The notes beneath the pieces were generated by a model. It saw only the letters and a program-made list of their open reading frames with translations, searched no databases and was not told where the DNA came from. Below are positions 25,391-38,361 of a stretch of 52,859 nt of DNA, piece by piece (position 1 is the stretch's first letter; each line of letters starts with the position of its first letter). The translations under genes were made by a program, and so were the position numbers. This stretch comes from Octopus sinensis. Its lineage: Eukaryota. The stretch is from positions 1-52,859 of the forward strand of contig NW_021833350.1 in the NCBI RefSeq assembly GCF_006345805.1, read 5' to 3'.

Positions 25391-26007
25391 TATATATGTA
25401 TATACATATATATATACCACACACACATATATATATATATACACATATATATACATATACATATATACATATATATACATATATATACATATATATGTAT
25501 ATTGTGTTTTGTGTCGTCTTCTAAATGTTTCACGTTCTTGTCCCAGTTTGTATTTTTTTACTTTTATATATATATATATACCTATTTATATTTTTATATA
25601 TGTATACATATATTTTTATACATTTATACATACATTTTTATATATGTATACATACAATTTTATACATACATATATTTGTCTATGCATGTATGTATATATA
25701 TTATACATGTGTATCATTTGTATACACACACACACACATATACATATATGAATATTTATGTATATATATATTGTGTGTGTGTGTATGTATACATGTGTAT
25801 ATGTGCATATATATACACATATATATATATGTATGTATACATGTGTATCATATGTGTATGTATATATATGTATATATATTTGTATATATATGTTTACACA
25901 CACATATATTGCATATATAATATACATATGTATATATGTATGAATATATATTTGTCTTAATACATGTATGTATATATATATATATATATATATGCAATAT
26001 ATATATA

Positions 26008-26044
<37 letters not shown>

Positions 26045-26120
26045 TGCGCATGTCTTCCTGTAATATATATACATAAAGAAATTATTATTATCATCATCAT
26101 CAATATAATTATTATATTAC
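24480..26120. repeat. Long compound TA/CA/TG microsatellite field
   Basis: Direct reading. Confidence 0.9.
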
Positions 26121-26145
26121 AATTATATTACATATAAGATAGTGA

Positions 26146-26765
26146 AGGCGTGGCTGTGTGATAAGTAGCTTGCTAACCAACCACATGGTTCCGGGTTCAG
26201 TCCCACTGCGTGGCATCTTGGGCAAGTGTCTTCTGCTATAGCCCCGGGCCGACCAAAGCCTGTGAGTGGATTTGGTAGACGGAAACTGAAAGACGCCCGT
26301 CGTATATATGTATATAGGCGCAGGAGTTGCTGTGTGGTAAGTAGCATGCTAACCAACCACATGGTTCCTGGTTCAGTCCCACTGTGTGGCATCTTGGGCA
26401 AGTGTCTTCTGCTATAGCCTCGGCCGACCAAGCCTTGTGAGTGGATTTGGTAGACGGAAACTGAAGAAGCCTGTCGTATATATGTATAATATATATATTA
26501 TATATATTTATATATATATATAATATGTGTGTGTTGTGTGTGTGTATTTGTTATTGTTTGTGTGTCTGTGTTTGTCCACCTAGCATTGCTTGACAACCGA
26601 TGCTGGTGTGTTTACATACCCGTCACTTAGCGGTCCAGTAACAGAGACCGATAGAATAAGTACTGGGCTTACACAGAATAACTACTCCCGGGGTCGATTT
26701 GCTGGACTAAAGGCGGTGCTCCAGCATGGCCCGCAGTCAAGCGACTGAAACCAGTAAAAGAGTAA
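26146..26765 (+). mobile_element. Family A SINE with duplicated head
   Basis: Heads at ~26146 and ~26316, then one tail. Confidence 0.85.
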
Positions 26766-26769
26766 GGGG

Positions 26770-27395
26770 AAGAGTAATACCTACATATATACATATAGAT
26801 ATATATAGATATACATACATACAGATATACATACATACATACACACACATACATACATACAGATACACATATACATACATACACACATACATACAGATGT
26901 GCATACACACATACATACATACATACATACATACATACAGTTATACATACATACAGTTATACGTACATAAAGATATACATACATACTTACATACATACAT
27001 ACATACATACAGTTATACATACATACAGTTATACGTACATGCAGATATACATACATACACATACATACACATACATACATACATACATATGCACATACAC
27101 ACATACGTACATACATACATAAAGACATACATACATACATACATACATACATACATACATACATACATACACATACATACATATATACATACAGTTATAC
27201 ATACATACAGACATACATACATACACATATATACATACATACATACACACATGCGTACATACATACACACATACATACATATATACATACAGTTATACAT
27301 ACATACAGATATACATACATACACATATATACATACATACATACACACATACGTACATACATACATACATACAAACATACATACATACATAAAAC
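26770..27395. repeat. (CATA)n microsatellite field
   Basis: Direct reading. Confidence 0.9.
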
Positions 27396-27948
27396 AACAA
27401 CAAGCTGATAATTCTGAATAACTTTAAGTGGCAAGTGAGAAGTGGGTCAAGTCATGCATTTGAGGAATACTGCACCCTGAATAACCCCCACCCTAACGAC
27501 ACACAGAAAAGCAAATTATTCTCATGTAACCAGATAAGACGATTTCTATACACATTCCGGTGTGCCATGTGTGTATGTTGTAGTTAGATATATGCGTGTG
27601 TATGTTGTAGTTTGTATGTTGATGGGTTTATGTATGTGTGTGCTATAGTGTGTATGTCTAGGTATGGTGTGGGTGTTACCCAGTTTAGATAAATTCAGCA
27701 AGTTTCAATTGCGTCATTCAGTCTATTTCCATGGCAACATCCTGTTCCTAAAGTAAAATGGCCAATCAGAACCTGAAATGCTAATGATGAAAATCTAGTT
27801 TTATTTTCTAAGAATTTCAAGCAAGTAAATATCAGATATTTACATATCCCTACTCATTCCAGCTGGCTTTAGTTCATACATACATACATACATACATACA
27901 TACATACATAAACACATACATACATACATACACACATACATACATACA

Positions 27949-28375
27949 AGGCGCAGGAGTGGCTGTGTGGTAAGTAGTTTGCTTAACAACCACATGGTCC
28001 CGGGTTCAGTCCCACTGCGTGGCATCTTGGGCAAGTGTCTTCTGCTATAGCTATAGCCCCGGGCCACCAAACCTTGTGAGTAGATTTGGTAGACGGAACT
28101 GAAAGAAGCCTGTCGATATAATGTATATTATATATATATATATATATGTGTATGTGTGTATATGTTTGTGTGTCTGTGTTTGTCACCCTAGCATTGCTTG
28201 ACAACCGATGCTGGTGTGTTTACATACCCCTCACTTAGCGGTTCGGCAACAGATACCGATAGAATAAGTACTGGGCTTACAAAGAATTACTCACTGGGTC
28301 TATTTGCTCGACTAAAGGTGGTGCTCTAGCATGGCCGCAGTCAAATGACTGAAACAATTAAATGAGTAAAGAGTA
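27949..28375 (+). mobile_element. Family A SINE, full length
   Basis: Head to tail; shares private variants (GTAGTTTGCTTAACAAC, TTTGTCACCCTAG) with the copy at 29396, implying local duplication. Confidence 0.85.
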
Positions 28376-28458
28376 AGAGTATAAATACATACATACATAC
28401 ATATAGATAGACATACATACAGAAATATATACATACATATAGATATACATACATACAC

Positions 28459-28489
<31 letters not shown>

Positions 28490-28493
28490 GATA

Positions 28494-28525
<32 letters not shown>

Positions 28526-29395
28526 GATATACATACATACATACATACATATAGATATACATACATACATACAGATATATATATACATACATACATACAT
28601 ACATACAGATATATATACATACATACATACATACATACAGATATATATACATACATACATACATACATACAGATATACGTACATACTTAGACACATACAT
28701 ACACACAAAAAGATATACAGACATACATTCATACATACATTCATATAGATATACATACATACATACATTCGGATATACACACATACATTAATACATACAT
28801 ACATACACACCTACACACATACGTACATTCATACATACAGATATACTTACATGCATACAGATATACATACATGCATGCACACATACATGCTTTCACACAT
28901 ACACACATACACACATACGTACATACATACATACACACACATGCATACATACACACATACATACATACATACATACATACACACACATACATACATACAT
29001 ACATACACACACACATACATACATCATACATACATACATACATACATACATACATACATACACATACATACATACATACATACATACACACATACATACA
29101 TACATACACACACACATACAAACACACATACAAACACACATACATACATACATACACACATACATACATAGATACATACATACATACACATACATACATA
29201 CATACATATATACATATATACATACACACATACATGCTTACATACATACATACACACATACATGCATACATACATACATACATACATACATAATTACATA
29301 CATACATACATACACACAAACACATACATACATACACACATACACACATACGTACACACATACACACATACATACATACACACATACATACATAC

Positions 29396-29634
29396 AGGCG
29401 CAGGAGTGGCTGTGTGGTAAGTAGTTTGCTTAACAACAACATGGTTCCGGGTTTCAGTCCACTGCGTGGCATCTTGGGCAAGTGTCTTCTGCTATAAGCC
29501 CCGGGTCGACCAAAGCCTTGTGAGTGGATTTGGTAGACGGAAACTGAAAGAAGCCTGTCGTATATATTTATATATATATATATATTGTGTATATGTTTGT
29601 GTGTCTGTGTTTGTCACCCTAGCATTGCTTGACA

Positions 29635-29636
<2 letters not shown>
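29396..29636 (+). mobile_element. Family A SINE, 3'-truncated local duplicate
   Basis: Same private variants as the 27949 copy; ends at TGACAAC in (ATAC)n. Confidence 0.8.
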
Positions 29637-29667
<31 letters not shown>

Positions 29668-30013
29668 CAGAAGTTTTAATAGCGTCATTCTATCTATTTC
29701 CATGGCAACAAAGTTGCATGTTTCTCAACCAATCTCTTTTCATTTTTTTTGTCTAAATCCCTTTTCAAAAGTAAAACGGCCAATCAGAATCTGAAATACT
29801 CGTGCAGTTTTGCATGCTCAAGATGAAAATCTAGTTTACATTTTCTAAGAATTTCAAGCAATTAAATTTCAGATATTTTAGCCAATTAGAAACTCGATTT
29901 CCGATCTTGTTTGCCTTCAACCGTCGAGCTGACGAAATTGTTTGGACGCCTAGAAAAATGCTTAGCGGCATTTTGTCCGTTTCAGAGTTCTGTCTTGAAA
30001 TTCCGCCTAGGTT

Positions 30014-30076
30014 GCATGCTTTTTGATCTATTATAACCTGTTCGTCGAACAGGTTATAATAGATCAAAAATCATGC
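30014..30076. repeat. Long palindrome (25-bp perfect arms, 1-nt centre)
   Basis: TTTTTGATCTATTATAACCTGTTCG-T-CGAACAGGTTATAATAGATCAAAAA (30020-30070), extendable by GCATG/CATGC after one mismatch. Confidence 0.95.
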
Positions 30077-30084
30077 GATATAAA

Positions 30085-30218
30085 GTTTGCCTCGATTCTG
30101 TATTCATATCTGAAGCGTTCTTCCTTTTCAATTTTCACGGCTCGGTCACATTGAGTTTTGTACACCTCAAAAGCTGCAGTCGAATCCAGATGTTTGAATC
30201 AGCCCAAGCAATATCTGA
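30085..30218 (-). mobile_element. Inverted duplicate of CR1 segment 30476-30608
   Basis: Reverse complement aligns with AGATATTGCTTGGGCTGA...GGAATCGCGGCAAAC with few mismatches. Confidence 0.9.
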
Positions 30219-30399
30219 ATATTTATTTACCGTTACGTTACAATTCGTATGGTAAATAAATATTTCCTTCAAATTCATGCATTGTTCATCTTCCACATCC
30301 TACAGTATGCAATTATATATAATTTTTATCGTTACAACTGCTAACTCCGACATAAATAATATTGTTTACTAATCGATTTCCTCCAGCTACATATATATT

Positions 30400-32392
30400 T
30401 AGTTCCCATTGGGCTTCCCAAGAGAAGAAGCACAAGCCCTGGCTGACGAAGAAGGTTAAACGAGACCTTCAACTCAGAGATATTGCTTGGGCTGAATTAA
30501 AAAATCTGGATTCGACTGCAGCTTTTAAGGTGTACAAACTCAACGTGACCGAGCCGTGAAAATTGAAAAGGAAGAACGCTTCAGATTGAATGCGGAATCG
30601 CGGCAAACGCCAGTAGCAATCCAAAAACCTTATTTGCCCATGTCCAACGGAATTCCCGCTTGAGCAACCAAATTGCAACGTTGGTAGACTCAACAGGCGT
30701 ATCGATTGAGGACCCTTATCACAGAGTCAATTATTGCCGAGGCTTTTTCAACTATTTTCAAACAATATATGGTTTTGAACCCCCTCCATTTGATAGATCA
30801 GTACCTCCAATGCTTTGATTGGTCATCACGCGGGACAAAGTCGAACGCGTTATTCAAGCCCTCGATGTCAACAAGGGTCACGGCCCTGACAGCATAACAC
30901 CCAAGGGTTATGAAAGCGTTGGCTCTGGTCATCTGCGAGCCCTTAACACGTCTATTCAATATGTCATTGGCGACGGGTGTTATACCTGCGGACGGAGAAA
31001 CAGCGATAATCTGCCCATTTTTCAAAAAAGGGAGCCGCGAAGACCCGCTTACTACAGACCGGTTTCTCTTACATCAATAATCAGCAAGATGTTCGAAACC
31101 ATCCTTAAGAAAAGTATGATGCTCCACCTCCTAAACACACAGCCTCGATCACATGATCCCAACACGGCTTCGTGCCGAAAAGATCATGCTTGACCAGCTT
31201 ACTGGTAATGGAAGAATTGGTGACGCGCATCCTCGATGATAGTGATGCTGTTGACATCGTTTTATTGGACTTTGCCAAAGCTTTTGACTCGGTAAACCAC
31301 CGCCTATTACTTGTCAAGCTTCAAGCATATTTTCTATCCGGATATTGTACGATGGGTTGGTGCCTTCCTCTCAGATCGCTCCTTCCAAGTCCAAGTTAAT
31401 GGTTCGCGGTCCGGCGTCTCCAGTGCAAGCAGTGGCGTGCCTCAAGTTCAGTGCTTGGGCCGTTATTGTTCTTAGTCTTCATAAATGATTTGCCCTTCTA
31501 TTTGCCGACGATTTCAAACTGGTCGCTCCTCGCGGTGGATATAGAGGATCTTCGTCGATGCCTCCACCAAATTTGAGATGGTCTAACGAATGGGACCTGT
31601 GTCTGAACGTGTCAAAGTGCTGTCATCTGCCTGTTGGCTCTCCTCCTCCTGCAACTCACTTGATTTCGAACCGGGTCGTCTGCTGCTGGAGAGGACCGAT
31701 CAGGTAAAGGACCTGGGTATCTTGGTGATCCCTCCTTTTCGCCTTCGGCCCAGTGCGTCCATGCTACCAACAAAGCACGAGGAGTTCTGTTCTTGATTCG
31801 ATGGTCATTCGGAATGCTCACAGCAGCCATATTCCTACCGCTCTATGTCATGCTGGTGAGACCCATATTGGAGTACGGGATTCAAGCCTCTTCTCCTTAT
31901 CTCCTCAAAGACATACAGCATATCGAAAAAGTCCAGAAGCTGGCTACCCGCATGGTTCTTGGTCTCAAGTATTTGTCTTATGAAGAAAACCTGAAGACGC
32001 TCGACCTTTATTCTCTAGAAAAAACGATGACGCTGTGGTGATCTCATTCTCGCCCACAACATCATAAGCGGAAAGTGTAACCTCTCGAAAAAGCTGTTCT
32101 TCACTCCTGCTCCAGAGCGTCGGCTGCGGGGTCATTCCGACAAGCTCTATCTGCGACGATTTCATCTCAATCGAAGGAGAGGGGGCTTTCTCCGTCCGGG
32201 TTGCGGATCCGTGGAAGAAGCTGCAAGACGAGATAGTGAAGATGCCGACGACCGCTCATTTCAAATTCTCCCTTAACCTCAAGTGGCCTGAACTCTTTGC
32301 ATGAACACCACTCTGTATATAACTCCATGTCCCCCTACATGGCCTTGCTTTTTGATTTTTGAGCCAAAAAATTAACTAACTAACTAACTAAC
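30400..32392 (+). mobile_element. 5'-truncated, degenerate CR1-clade LINE (RT region + 3' end)
   Basis: KPWLTKKV, GPDSITPK, YRPVSLTSII, DFAKAFDSVNH, SGVPQ, FADD, VKDLG, LVRPILEYG, IEKVQKLATRMV across frameshifts; ends in a (TAAC)n tail. Confidence 0.9.
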
Positions 32393-32561
32393 ATGTATGT
32401 ATGTGTTGTGTGTGTGCCTGTGTTGTATGTGCGTCTGTGTGTGTGTTTGTATGTCTATGTGTATCTGTGTGCACGTATGTGTCTGCATGTATGTGTATAG
32501 AGCATGTATCTACCAATACCTCTGAATATATGCACGCAGTGTCTATATGTATGTGGATTAT

Positions 32562-32618
<57 letters not shown>

Positions 32619-33457
32619 CTGTGTTTGTGTCTGTGTGCACGTTACAAATGCTTTTCCACGAAAAGAAATTAAGGAAAAGAAAATGGGTCAAATGACGGAG
32701 AAATGGTGGTGTATTTGGTGATATAGTAATATGAGACGCAGACAGGAAGGAGTGTTTAGAAGTGATTTGGCATGGCAGTTATTCTTTACAGAGAGCAGGC
32801 AAGCGTTAGTTGGCTGACATATACACACACTCTGTGACATACAAATATGTACATAGACACTACATTATACATGTACACGACGACATACACACTACGACAT
32901 ATAGATATACATGATATCAAACACTAACACACACACACACACACACATAACACACGCATTCTTATATGAGGAGATGACATTTAATATTTTTAAATTGCAG
33001 TTGCTCTTAAAGTTAACGGAGCTGACCAAGCGTTCCTGAGACAAACACATTAAACTAAAACTAAAACTCAACGATCAACTTTGCTGGTAAATATTTCATT
33101 TTTGTTTATATTTTTAAGTAATTATTCTAATTAAAACATGGTTTAATAATTCATTAACATCGTTAAATATCCACGAGAACTAGTTCAAACACTATATACA
33201 CAAATATAGGGATACACATATCTCCCCATATATGAAAATGGAGTCATAACCCTGAAATATTGAGTACAAGATAATTCTACATTGATGCACATATTTGTTT
33301 TCTTGTGATTTACCTTGCATTTACTTCGCATTGTTTTGGTTTTACACACGATCACTTATACGATATATATAAGAGAGAGATAATTTTCTTTGAAAATTAA
33401 ATATACATACATACATACATAAATACATACATACATATATATATATGTGTGTGTGTG

Positions 33458-33813
33458 TAGGAGTGGCTGTGTGGTAATTAGCTTGCTTACAACACATTGT
33501 TCCGTGTTCAGGCCTTGTGAGTGAATTTGTAGCAGACAGAAACAGAAAGAAGTTCATCATATATATTATATATATATATATATATATACATGTATTGTGT
33601 GTATAAGTTTGTGTGTCTGTGTTTGTCCCCTAGCATTGCTTGAAAACCGATGCTGATGTGGTTTACGTCCCCGTCACTTAGCAGTTCGTTAAAATTGACC
33701 GATAGAATAAGTACTGGGCTTACAAAGAATAAGTCCCAGGGCCGATTTGCTCGACTAGAGGCGGTGCTCCAGCATGGCCGCAGTCAAATGACTGAAACAA
33801 GTAAATGAGTAAT
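33458..33813 (+). mobile_element. Family A SINE with internal deletion
   Basis: Head jumps from GTTCAG to GCCTTGTGAG; full tail. Confidence 0.8.
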
Positions 33814-34437
33814 GAAGAATTCAAAGATTTTAACACATCACTCTGAATATTTCAGCCTCCATAACAAAGATATGTACCTCTTTTAAAGAAAATAAAATAT
33901 AATACATTGAAAGATATAAACCCGTGTGACTATTTGTAACAAAATATTTTAGCACCTTAAAACAACAGCAAACACTTCTTTAATATAATCAATCTGACTC
34001 TAATCAACGAGATTCTTCCTACATCTTGTTTGCCGTTGACATTGTCGTCATACTCAACATCATCATCATCATCATCATTATCATAATTAAGGTGGCCGGC
34101 TGACAGAATACATACATATATACATATATGTACGTATGTATATATATATGCATATATGTATATATATATATGTATATATATATGTATATATATATGTATA
34201 TATATATATATATGTATATATAAATAATACATATATATATATATATAATTAATTAATAAGGGTGAGAGAATTAGATACTAATTTAATAGTATTTTATTCA
34301 ACACCAAGTGGCCTAGTGCTACGAGAAAACCTGGATTATTATAATATTTTATACATATTATAATATTTTTACAAAATAATAAGAGAGAGAGGTCAATATA
34401 TTGCTCACTCTAGCACCAGTTAATCCAAAAGGTTTCA

Positions 34438-34514
34438 GACGAGCTACAAATGGATTTTTTTGTAAGTAATATACATTTAATTCATTAATAGCGAAACAAT
34501 TGTCCCAAAATAAT
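34438..34514 (+). ncRNA. 5'-truncated hammerhead, probably inactive as a monomer
   Basis: Core reads CAGACGA because the inverted arm replaces TTGGCT; stem II, GAAA and GTC are intact. Confidence 0.65.
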
Positions 34515-34954
34515 CTGTATTTTTGTTATTTTTTACTTGCCCTGTCCGTGTGAGCTAACAGTCGTACTGGCTTTCATGGAAACATGTATTTTCGTGGTTG
34601 AAACCTTTTGGATTAACTGGTGCTAGAGTGAGCAATATTTGACCACTCTCTTATATTTTTTTGTAAAAATATTATAATATGTTATAAAATATTATAATAA
34701 TCCAGGTTTCTCGTAGCACTAGGCCACTTGGTGTTGAATAAATATACTATTAAATTAGTATCTATTCTCTCACCCTTATTAATTATTATAATTATGCTGC
34801 ATTTACTTCTAAATGCTGTATTTGTTTTCCGTGAAAGTTTGGCGCGCTGTTGGTTGGGGCATTTGAATTATAACGTCGGATGTAATCAATTGAACCACAC
34901 CGTATTTATCGTTATATGGTAAAATCTGGCGTGTGATTGAGTGGATTTCATCCA

Positions 34955-35046
34955 GATAGTCTTGGCTGACGAGCTACAAATGGATTTTTTTGTAAGTAAT
35001 ATTACATTTAATTCATTAATAGCGAAACAATTGTCCCAAAATAATC
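34955..35046 (+). ncRNA. Type I hammerhead ribozyme, predicted cleavage after C35035
   Basis: Stem I TTGG/CCAA (distal GAT/ATC); core CTGACGA 34966-34972; stem II GCTA/TAGC with long extension; GAAA 35024-35027; palindromic helix III ACAATTGT; GTC triplet. Confidence 0.85.
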
Positions 35047-35488
35047 TGTATTTTTGTTATTTTTTACTTGCCCTGTCCTTGTGAGCTAACAGTCGTACTG
35101 GCTTTCATGGGAAACATGTATTTTCGTGGTTGAAACCTTTTGGATTAACTGGTGCTAGAGTGAGCAATATATTGACCACTCTCTTATATTTATTTTGTAA
35201 AATATTATAATATGTTATAAAATATTATAATAATCCAGGTTTCTCGTAGCACTAGGCCACTTGGTGTTGAATAAATATACTATTAAATTAGTATCTAATT
35301 CTCTCACCCTTATTAATTAATTATAATTATGCTGCATTTATTTCTAATTGCTGTATTTGTTTTTTCGTGAAAGTTTGGCTGCGCTGTTGGTTGGGGCATT
35401 TGAATTTATCGTCGGATGTAATCAATTGAACCACACGCGTATTTATCGTTATGGTAAAATCTGGCGTGTGATTGAGTGGATTTCATCA

Positions 35489-35580
35489 GATAGTCTTGGC
35501 TGACGAGCTACAAATGGATTTTTTTGTAAGTAATATTACATTTAATTCATTAATAGCGAAACAATTGTCCCAAAATAATC
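35489..35580 (+). ncRNA. Type I hammerhead ribozyme, second intact copy, predicted cleavage after C35569
   Basis: Same motif: CTGACGA 35500-35506, TAGC-GAAA 35554-35561, CAATTGTC, CCAA. Confidence 0.85.
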
Positions 35581-35770
35581 TGTATTTTTGTTATTTTTTA
35601 CTTGCCCTGTCCGTGTGAGCTAACAGTCGTACTGGCTTTCATGGGAAACATGTATTTTCGTGGTTGAACCTTTTGGATTAACTGGTGCTAGAGTGAGCAA
35701 TATATTGACCACTCTCTTATATTTATTTTATATATATATATATTATGTATATATGAATACAGCCATACAA

Positions 35771-35807
<37 letters not shown>

Positions 35808-35844
35808 GTATATATATGTATACATATATATAGATATATAAATC

Positions 35845-35876
<32 letters not shown>

Positions 35877-36061
35877 TATATACATGCGTGTGTGTGATAT
35901 ATATAATGATCTATAGATATATATCATATAAATATATATAAATATATATATATATATGTGTGTGCGTGTGAGTATATATAGACCATACAGACACATATAC
36001 ATGAGGAGGTCGTGCCTACTACATCCTGTTTCATTAGAAGTTTCCTTTTAACTGTTGGCAG

Positions 36062-36156
36062 TGTCACATTTTCATCGTCGTTTGAACAAAGCAGACGCTG
36101 AATTTTTCTGAGAGAGAAAGACTTCAACTCGAACCAGGACATAATCTTCGAATTTG
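36062..36156 (+). other. Candidate internal exon (unassigned)
   Basis: Pyrimidine tract + CAG acceptor and G|GTAAAT donor; 95 nt, open only if one T is added to a T5 run (then a 96-nt phase 1-1 exon). Confidence 0.2.
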
Positions 36157-37469
36157 GTAAATAAGTTTCTTTTGATATATATTTGTTTAACACAAATGTT
36201 CATCTAATGATACAATATTTTAGGTAGTTAACACTGGATTTCTAACTCTCGAGTGAAATTTAAAATATTGTTTTTTGATAACTTCTTTTTTTCAAAGCTT
36301 AGTAAGCGAGAATTTTACTATCCACGCATTTCAACTTATAAAATATAGGTCTACGTTAATAGAGTGATTTCACTTCACAAAATATAGGACTACATTAAAT
36401 ACTTTAAGGCCTCGCGTCCAATATCTAATTCCAGAACACCACCACTTCAGACTGATCTTTTTTTTTAAAACTTTCATAATAAAAATCAAATTTGACCTTA
36501 GCAGATTTGAACCCAGAATACAAAGAGTTACATTAATACCAATAACAACTCTACTAATTTTATCTTCTTGGTCTTTCAATCAATGAATTTTTTTAATGAT
36601 TTTATTTCAATTTTATAATGTGATAATTATAAACAGTAATATGAATCAAGAATGGAGTGTCTGAAATGTAGCGTGAGGTTACAATCAGATAAAAAAGAAT
36701 ATGGGAAGGTCATGGTTAGAACGCCTTTGGTCTTAGTGTTACTGGATAAGAATTAACTTAAGTTAAACATACAATTAAGTTAAAAGATTATAGTTTTATA
36801 GATTACATTTAAGTATGTATTTGAGAAAAATAATCTATATAATTTGTTAAATTTCGAAATATTATTGATGAATTCTGTGAAATTGTCCAGTGAATGAAAG
36901 AGAAATGGAATAATTATGTAAAAGTGTAGATTGTAGATGAGGAAGAAAGACATGAATAATAATTGAAGGGTGAGTGTGACGTTTGTAGATGGATATAAAT
37001 TAACAGAGAAAATGGTGGTGGCAGTGGAGAGATTTCAAGCTATATAATATGTGAGTTAGATGTTTTAATCATTGAGGCGTGGCCATCCAGGAGCATTAAA
37101 TTGGTATATTTGATCGATCATATGAACCCCACTATTTCTCTCTAAGTCTGGCGCATATTTTAAGTGTATCTATTTGTGGAAATACTATATTCGGAAATCT
37201 AGCAAGTTTATCAGGTACTAACACATTTACAGCATGCTTCAATGATGGATTTTCTATACATACATACATACGTACACAAAGCTTGCTTGGTGAGGAGGGT
37301 TTTTACTGAACTCCCTAAGGGATGAAAAACAAAATACGCTAAATGGCGGAGGACTTCTTGAGTATCAACACCCATCCAATAAATGTGTAATTATATATTT
37401 ACTGTATATCTGATTTTACACACTAATTTTTATTATTGTATATGTTTATAGTTTGCTTATTATATAAAT

Positions 37470-37605
37470 TTTTATATACTTCACATACATACATACATAC
37501 ATACAAACATACATACATACATACATACATACATACAGAGAGATAGACATACATACATACATACATACATACATACAAACATACATACATACATACAAAC
37601 ATACA

Positions 37606-37639
<34 letters not shown>

Positions 37640-37697
37640 CATACATACATATATACATACATACATACATACAAACATACATACATACATACAAACA

Positions 37698-37731
<34 letters not shown>

Positions 37732-37995
37732 CATACATACATACAAACATATATACACACGTACATATATACATACATATATAATACATACATTCATACA
37801 TACATACGTACATACATACATACATACATACATACAAACATACATACATACATACATACATACATTCATACATACATACTTACAAACATACATTCATACA
37901 TTCATAAATACATACATACAAACATACATACATACATTCATACATTCATACATACATACATACATACATACATACGAACATACATACATACTACA
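37470..37995. repeat. (CATA)n microsatellite field
   Basis: Direct reading. Confidence 0.9.
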
Positions 37996-38276
37996 TGAAC
38001 ACGAACATATATACTGGTTTCTCAAATCATTTATAAACAATAAAATTGTGTCCAGGATTTCAAGTATGTTTACAAGAAGAGAATGTTTATATGTTTTTAA
38101 AGAATCTCAAAAATAGTTGATAAATTTGAAAGAAAGAAATGTTTTGGATTTTTATATTCAAGGAAGTTCAAAATTTGTGAATCAATTTTTCCTGAAGTAG
38201 AAAATATAAAGCTTGTCTTCTTCATATACTTTAATTTAATCTGTACAATAAATCTCTCGCCATCAGCTAAAAGGTG

Positions 38277-38361
<85 letters not shown>

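Larger units (their letters stand above)
34244..35729 (+). mobile_element. Hammerhead-containing tandem element (retrozyme / non-autonomous Penelope-like derivative): ~532-bp unit x ~2.4 with inverted 5' arm
   Basis: GACGAGCTACAAATGG at 34438, 34968 and 35502; 34244-34437 is the reverse complement of ~34600-34795; both ends abut (TA)n. Confidence 0.85.

Noticed and set aside
34728-34922. Short ORF in the ribozyme unit (RESL...LNYNVG) as a GIY-YIG C-terminal remnant
   Set aside because: TTG start, frame not preserved in the neighbouring copy, and resemblance too weak to support.
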